A program made the translations under genes and the position numbers. The notes below the pieces were generated by a model. That model worked only from the letters and a program-made list of their open reading frames with translations. It was not told the DNA's origin and searched no databases. Below are positions 26,564 to 32,000 of a DNA stretch of 32,000 bases, piece by piece; within the stretch, counting starts at the first letter, position 1, and each line of letters starts with the position of its first letter. The DNA is from Gammaproteobacteria bacterium. GTDB lineage: Bacteria; Pseudomonadota; Gammaproteobacteria; JBIOEC01. The stretch is from the NCBI GenBank assembly GCA_965279305.1, contig OZ257143.1:1620001-1652000 (forward strand). Reading direction: 5' to 3'.

Positions 26564-28863
26564 TCTTCTTCAGACGATTGCGAGCGTTTATTTTGTTTCA
26601 GACTGCCTGGTTTATAATGAAAATCTAAGGCTTGTTCCGCATTAATAGTCACATGCACTTCGCCGCCATGCACTAATTGACCAAATAACAGCTCATTCGC
26701 TAATGGTTTCTTTAACTCTTCTGCTATTAATCGTCCCATAGGTCTCGCACCCATCGCTACATCATAACCTCGCTCTGCTAACCATAAACGTGCATTCGTA
26801 TCTACATCTAAATGCACATGTTTTTGATCCAACAATGCTTGTAGCTCAACAATAAATTTATCTACTACATGCAAAATAGTTTCCGGTGTTAATGAATGGA
26901 AAGGCACTACCGCATCCAAACGGTTACGAAACTCAGGAGGAAACATATGATTAATAACAGCAGAGCCATCAATACTATTATCTTGTTCAATAAAACCTAC
27001 AGACGATCGCGCCATTTGCGAAGCCCCTGCATTACTGGTCATAATTAAAATTAAATGACGAAAATCAGTTTCCCGACCATTACTATCGGTTAATGTTCCG
27101 TGATCCATTATTTGTAATAATAAATTAAAAATATCAGGATGCGCTTTTTCTAATTCGTCTAGCAATAAAATACAATGAGGCGTTTTATGTACAGAATCGG
27201 TTAATAAACCGGCTTTTTCGTAACCCACATATCCTGGAGGCGCACCAATTAAACGAGAAACTGAATGTGATTCCATATATTCAGACATATCAAAACGAAT
27301 AAGCTCTAAATCCATCAGTTTTGCTAACTGACGCGCCACTTCTGTTTTACCTACACCAGTTGGCCCGGTAAATAGGAAACTACCAATAGGCTTACGTGGA
27401 TCACCCAGCCCTGCTCTCGCTAATTTAATCGCATTCGCCAAACGATCAACTGCTTCATCTTGACCGTACACTAATAATTTTAAATTGCGATCTAGCATTG
27501 AGATCGCTTTTTTATCATCAGCAGACACATTACGCGAAGGCACATGCGCAATTTTAGCAATAACTTCTTCAATATCTTTAATCGAAATAAGCTTTTTATC
27601 GGTGGCTTTTGCTGTTAAACGAAAATGGGCGCCCGCTTCATCTACCACATCAATCGCTTTATCAGGTAAGAAACGATCAGGAAGATAACGCTCGCTTAAT
27701 TCAGCCGCCGCTTTTAATGCACCCGCTGAAAATTTCACATCATGATAGGCTTCTAATTGAGGTTTCAAACCATTTAATATTTTAATGGTTTCTTCAATGG
27801 TAGGCTCGAGCACGTCGATTTTTTGGAAACGTCTGGCAAGGGCTTGGTCTTTTTCAAAAATGGTTCTAAATTCTTGATAAGTGGTAGAGCCAATACAACG
27901 CAACTCACCTGAAGAAAGAATCGGTTTAATTAAATTAGCCACATCCATTACGCCGCCAGACGCTGCACCGGCACCAATAATAGTATGAATTTCATCAATA
28001 AATAAAATAGCATAGGGTTGCTTAGCCAGTTCATTTAAAAAATACTTAAAGCGTTTTTCAAAATCACCGCGATATTTGGTTCCAGCTAATAAAGCCGCTA
28101 AATCTAGCTCATAAACCACACTACCATTTAAAATTTCAGGTACTTTCTTTTCTACAATTAATTTGGCTAAACCTTCGGCAATAGCCGTTTTACCAACACC
28201 AGGTTCACCTACTAACAAAGGATTGTTTTTGCGTCTGCGGCATAAAATTTGCACGCAACGCTGAATTTCATCTTCTCTACCAATAAGTGGATCTATTTTA
28301 CCCATCTGCGCTTTAATATTCAGATTCGTAGAATATTTTTGCAAAAACTCTTGAGAAGATAACTGGCCATCTTCCATTTCTTCTTCCATTTCTGGCATAG
28401 AAGGTGGCTGATCGGTGTGCGGTTGCACGCTAGGACCACTCATTTGGCTAAGGAAATTCACTACATCTAAGCGATTTACATTCTGACGCTTAAGTAAATA
28501 CACAGCCTGACTTTCTTTTTCAGTAAAAATAGCTGCTAATACATTGGCACCGTCTACATCTGTTTTACCAGAGGATTGCACATGAAATACAGCTCTTTGC
28601 AAAACTCGTTGAAAACCCAGCGTAGGTTGTATTTCTTTTATTTTTTCGCCCTCTGCTAATAGAGGTGTTGTTTCTGCAATAAATTGTTTTAATTCACTGC
28701 GTAAAGAAGACAGATCCGCTCGGCAGCCACGTAACACATTGGCAGCAGAAGGATTATCCAATAGCGCTAACAATAAATGTTCTACTGTTAGAAACTCATA
28801 TCGATTTTCATGTGCTTCTTTAAACGCTAAATTTAAGGTAAATTCTAAATCTTGATTTAACAT
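26548..28863 (-). CDS. clpA: ATP-dependent Clp protease ATP-binding subunit ClpA
   Basis: Clp_N repeats at the N-terminus. Two AAA+ modules with Walker A 'GEPGVGKT' and 'GPTGVGKT'. No ClpB-type middle coiled-coil domain. Length 771 aa. Confidence 0.92.
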   Translation of the reverse strand: MLNQDLEFTLNLAFKEAHENRYEFLTVEHLLLALLDNPSAANVLRGCRADLSSLRSELKQFIAETTPLLAEGEKIKEIQPTLGFQRVLQRAVFHVQSSGKTDVDGANVLAAIFTEKESQAVYLLKRQNVNRLDVVNFLSQMSGPSVQPHTDQPPSMPEMEEEMEDGQLSSQEFLQKYSTNLNIKAQMGKIDPLIGREDEIQRCVQILCRRRKNNPLLVGEPGVGKTAIAEGLAKLIVEKKVPEILNGSVVYELDLAALLAGTKYRGDFEKRFKYFLNELAKQPYAILFIDEIHTIIGAGAASGGVMDVANLIKPILSSGELRCIGSTTYQEFRTIFEKDQALARRFQKIDVLEPTIEETIKILNGLKPQLEAYHDVKFSAGALKAAAELSERYLPDRFLPDKAIDVVDEAGAHFRLTAKATDKKLISIKDIEEVIAKIAHVPSRNVSADDKKAISMLDRNLKLLVYGQDEAVDRLANAIKLARAGLGDPRKPIGSFLFTGPTGVGKTEVARQLAKLMDLELIRFDMSEYMESHSVSRLIGAPPGYVGYEKAGLLTDSVHKTPHCILLLDELEKAHPDIFNLLLQIMDHGTLTDSNGRETDFRHLILIMTSNAGASQMARSSVGFIEQDNSIDGSAVINHMFPPEFRNRLDAVVPFHSLTPETILHVVDKFIVELQALLDQKHVHLDVDTNARLWLAERGYDVAMGARPMGRLIAEELKKPLANELLFGQLVHGGEVHVTINAEQALDFHYKPGSLKQNKRSQSSEEDQMSL

Positions 28864-28874
28864 ATCGTCCCTTA

Positions 28875-30128
28875 TTACATGGCTTTAATTAGTGCATCTC
28901 CAAATGCTGTAGTACTTAATAAAGTAGCATTTTCCATTAAACGTGCAAAGTCATAAGTGACTGTTTTATCTTGAATCACTTTTTCCATTGCGTGAACAAT
29001 CAAATCAGCAGCGGGCGCCCAACCCAAATAGCGTAGCATCATTTCCGCTGACAAAATAATAGAGCTAGGATTCGCTTCGTTTTTTCCTGCATGTTTGGGC
29101 GCAGTTCCATGAGTGGCTTCAAACATAGCGGTGGTGTCGCTTAAATTAGCGCCAGGAGCAATCCCAATTCCCCCTACCATAGCTGCCAAAGCATCAGAAA
29201 TATAATCACCGTTCAAATTCAATGTAGCAATAACGCTAAACTCGCGAGGGTGTAATAATATTTGCTGTAAAAAAGCATCGGCAATCATATCGTTAATAAT
29301 AATAGATTTTCCGGTGTTAGCGTTTTTAATTGATTTCCATGGCCCACCTTGATAATCAGTCGCTCCAAATTCGTGTTTGGCTACATCGTATCCCCAGTTT
29401 TTAAAAGCACCCTCGGTATATTTCATAATATTGCCTTTATGAACCAGAGTAACGGTAGGCAGATCATTATCGATAGCATGTTGAATAGCACGGCGAACTA
29501 GGCGCTCTGTTCCCTCTTTGGATACCGGTTTTATTCCTATACCGCAATGTTCAGGAAAACGAATTTGAGTGACTTTCATTTGATTACGTAAAAAGTTAAT
29601 CACTTCTTTCGCACCCTCAGAATCGGCAGGCCATTCAATACCCGCATAAATATCTTCCGAATTTTCACGGAAAATAATCATATTCACATATTCTGGGTGT
29701 ACAACAGGGCTAGGCGACCCTTCAAAATAACGGATAGGACGCAAGCAAAGATAAAGATCTAAGCGCTGACGAAGCGCCACATTAAGAGAGCGGATCCCGC
29801 CACCCACTGGTGTGGTCAGAGGGCCTTTGATTGAAACTTTATAATCTTCTACGACTTTTAAGGTTTCATCAGGCAGCCAGGTATCGCCACCATAGAGTTT
29901 ATTGGCTTTTTCACCGGCATATACTTCCATCCAGGCAATGGAGCGGTCTTTCCCATAGGCTTTGTTTACAGCTGCATCCACTACTTTGCGCATTACCGGA
30001 GTAATATCCACACCGATGCCATCGCCCTCAATAAAGGGTATAATAGGATGGTCAGGCACATGTAAAACCCCGTTTTTTGCTGAAATCTTCTCTCCTTGAG
30101 GGGGAAGTGTAATGTGCTGAAAACTCAT
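28875..30128 (-). CDS. icd: NADP-dependent isocitrate dehydrogenase (homodimeric type)
   Basis: 417 aa with E. coli Icd-like blocks: '[21 protein letters not shown]', '[25 protein letters not shown]'. Confidence 0.93.
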   Translation of the reverse strand: MSFQHITLPPQGEKISAKNGVLHVPDHPIIPFIEGDGIGVDITPVMRKVVDAAVNKAYGKDRSIAWMEVYAGEKANKLYGGDTWLPDETLKVVEDYKVSIKGPLTTPVGGGIRSLNVALRQRLDLYLCLRPIRYFEGSPSPVVHPEYVNMIIFRENSEDIYAGIEWPADSEGAKEVINFLRNQMKVTQIRFPEHCGIGIKPVSKEGTERLVRRAIQHAIDNDLPTVTLVHKGNIMKYTEGAFKNWGYDVAKHEFGATDYQGGPWKSIKNANTGKSIIINDMIADAFLQQILLHPREFSVIATLNLNGDYISDALAAMVGGIGIAPGANLSDTTAMFEATHGTAPKHAGKNEANPSSIILSAEMMLRYLGWAPAADLIVHAMEKVIQDKTVTYDFARLMENATLLSTTAFGDALIKAM

Positions 30129-30222
30129 GGGAACTTCTCCTTAGATTCAACTTAATTCTAGGGAGTAATTATAGCATGAGTATTCCAAGATGAAATCGTT
30201 TAAGACTAGTTTGAGATCCGAG

Positions 30223-31314
30223 ATGAGTACAAACCCAAAACCTAAAATAATCGTTGGCATGTCTGGCGGTGTTGATTCTTCAGTGAGTGCCTGGTTATTG
30301 CAAGAACAAGGCTACGATGTGTCTGGCCTGTTTATGAAAAATTGGGAAGAAGACGATACTGAAAACCATTGTTCCGCCGCTACGGATATGGCCGATGCTG
30401 AAGCTGTTTGTGAGCGTTTACATATTCCTTTTTATAAAGTCAATTTTGCTACAGAATATTGGGACGATGTGTTTGAATACTTTTTAACAGAATACAAAAA
30501 TGGTAGAACACCTAATCCGGATGTGCTTTGCAACCAATATATAAAATTTAGCGCCTTTTTAGATTATGCAAAAACTTTAGGCGCAGATTTTATTGCCATG
30601 GGACATTATGCCCGTTGCATTCCGCCTACTTCAGAATATCCCTATTATCAATTACTCAAAGGCGTAGATCCTCAAAAAGATCAAAGTTATTTTTTATATC
30701 GATTAAATCAAGAGCAACTATCGCATAGTTTATTTCCTTTAGGTGATCTCCATAAAACCCAAATTCGCGAATATGCTACACAACTAGGTTTTCCTAATCA
30801 TAATAAAAAGGACAGCACCGGAATTTGTTTTATTGGAGAACGCAAATTTAAAACTTTTTTAGAGCAATATCTTCCTGCTCAACCGGGAGCCATTGCTACT
30901 ACTGAGGGCGAAGTCATCGGTCAACATCAGGGTCTTATGTACTATACTATCGGGCAAAGACAAGGGTTGGGCATTGGTGGTTTAGCAAATAAATCTGAAG
31001 AACCTTGGTATGTGGTATATAAAAATTTAAAAGACAATGTATTAGTAGTAGCACAAGGCGAAAACGACGCATTATATTTAGATACATTAATAGCAGATGA
31101 TTTACATTGGGTTAGTGGCGGATCTCCTGTGTTACCACTCTCCTGCTCTGCCAAAATACGTTACCGCCAAGCGGATCAAGCCTGCACTATTACTGCAAAA
31201 GAAGATGGTAAAATAGAAGTGCATTTTGCTGAACGTCAACGCGCTATTACACCCGGACAATCTATTGTATTTTATGATGCTGATCGTTGTTTAGGAGGCG
31301 GAGTTATTCAATGA
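30223..31314 (+). CDS. mnmA: tRNA 2-thiouridine(34) synthase MnmA
   Basis: PP-loop '[13 protein letters not shown]', plus '[10 protein letters not shown]' and 'NPDVLCN'. I prefer the ATG at 30223 ([12 protein letters not shown]...), which matches the E. coli N-terminal length, over 30190 in the ORF track. Confidence 0.9.
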   Translation: MSTNPKPKIIVGMSGGVDSSVSAWLLQEQGYDVSGLFMKNWEEDDTENHCSAATDMADAEAVCERLHIPFYKVNFATEYWDDVFEYFLTEYKNGRTPNPDVLCNQYIKFSAFLDYAKTLGADFIAMGHYARCIPPTSEYPYYQLLKGVDPQKDQSYFLYRLNQEQLSHSLFPLGDLHKTQIREYATQLGFPNHNKKDSTGICFIGERKFKTFLEQYLPAQPGAIATTEGEVIGQHQGLMYYTIGQRQGLGIGGLANKSEEPWYVVYKNLKDNVLVVAQGENDALYLDTLIADDLHWVSGGSPVLPLSCSAKIRYRQADQACTITAKEDGKIEVHFAERQRAITPGQSIVFYDADRCLGGGVIQ

Positions 31315-31943
31315 GTATACATAATAAAGAAAGAACATTAGCGCTGGCTGGCATTATGCAATCTTGCACATTAGTTAATCATATTGCTAGAGGACGTTGG
31401 GTAGATCCTCAAATAGTAGATATCGCGATTGATAGTATTTTTGTAAAAAATCCAGATCATGTACTTAGCGTTTACCAAGATAAAATGTCACATTTAGAAT
31501 TTGGTTTACGACGCATGACCGCTTTTTTTCCTAAACCGGAACGTCAAAATGACGGTGAATTGGCCAGTTATTTATTTGGCAGCATTTTATTAGCACGTTT
31601 ATTACAACAAGATAAAATGCGAATGCAACAACTAGGCACAGCGTTAGAAGCGCTTCATGCCAAAAAATTGGCCGATCCTTCATTGGATAGAGACGATATT
31701 TGCACGGAACTTGCCCAGCTTTATGTGGAATATATTGGCAGCTTTAAAAAACGCATTAATCTGGTTGGATCTAAAGAAATCCTTCAAGATCCGGTAGAAG
31801 TAAACCGTCTTCGCGCCCTACTGCTTTCTGCCATTCGAGCAGCGGTATTATGGAATCAAGTAGGCGGACGTATATGGCATTTGTGGTGGAAACGTCCCCA
31901 AATTGCAGAATATGCTAAAGCGCTGCTTGAAGAACGCATATAA
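31311..31943 (+). CDS. hflD: High-frequency-of-lysogenization protein HflD
   Basis: N-terminal '[20 protein letters not shown]' parallels E. coli HflD 'TLALAGICQSARLVQQLA'. ATGA start/stop overlap with mnmA. AGGAGG at 31293-31298. Follows the mnmA-hflD order of E. coli. Confidence 0.85.
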   Translation: MSIHNKERTLALAGIMQSCTLVNHIARGRWVDPQIVDIAIDSIFVKNPDHVLSVYQDKMSHLEFGLRRMTAFFPKPERQNDGELASYLFGSILLARLLQQDKMRMQQLGTALEALHAKKLADPSLDRDDICTELAQLYVEYIGSFKKRINLVGSKEILQDPVEVNRLRALLLSAIRAAVLWNQVGGRIWHLWWKRPQIAEYAKALLEERI

Positions 31944-32000
31944 TTGCTAACCTTAAAATTAGAACTATACTCTACTGTTAATAGTACATAGTTTTAAGGA

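Noticed and set aside
31951-31999. CCTTAAAA ... TTTTAAGG inverted repeat after hflD at the window edge, possibly a terminator or repeat element.
   Set aside because: The structure is AT-rich and imperfect, with a 6-nt bulge if extended. It is cut by the end of the window, so its downstream context (U-run, next gene) cannot be seen.

Overview
This is an AT-rich, tightly packed chromosomal segment that looks gammaproteobacterial. Several blocks follow E. coli gene order: accD-folC-dedD-cvpA-purF, mnmA-hflD, and trxB/infA/clpA. A Legionellales-type lineage is possible, but I cannot establish that without a database search. I call 34 protein-coding genes, and almost all are conserved core functions: rRNA and ribosomal-protein modification (RsmF-like, rimO), peptidoglycan recycling (ldcA-like, nagZ), a four-gene MCE/Mla-type ABC transporter, the cpxP/cpxRA envelope-stress module, an APC-family permease, a complete Fur-controlled heme uptake locus (hmuR-tonB-hmuS-hmuT-hmuU-hmuV), sufE, trxB, infA, clpA and icd. 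I found no rRNA, tRNA, CRISPR array, IS element, integrase, phage gene or recognisable defence gene. I do not see a convincing new multi-gene system here. The features most worth follow-up are: (1) an orphan 73-aa protein with an Rmf/CrpP-like motif behind a 331-bp untranslated gap; (2) a 39-aa hydrophobic mini-ORF that is not in the supplied ORF track and fills the sufE/purF gap; (3) an ABC-driven MCE system with a STAS-fused permease, a helical-tailed MCE protein and a PqiC-like lipoprotein, with an overlapping LD-carboxypeptidase gene; (4) a TonB gene embedded in the heme locus, with no proline-rich linker and no nearby exbBD; (5) clpA placed directly behind icd with no clpS; (6) a GC-rich hairpin with a T-run, oriented opposite to the hmu operon it sits in. 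All functional calls rest on motifs and gene order read by eye. No searches were run.
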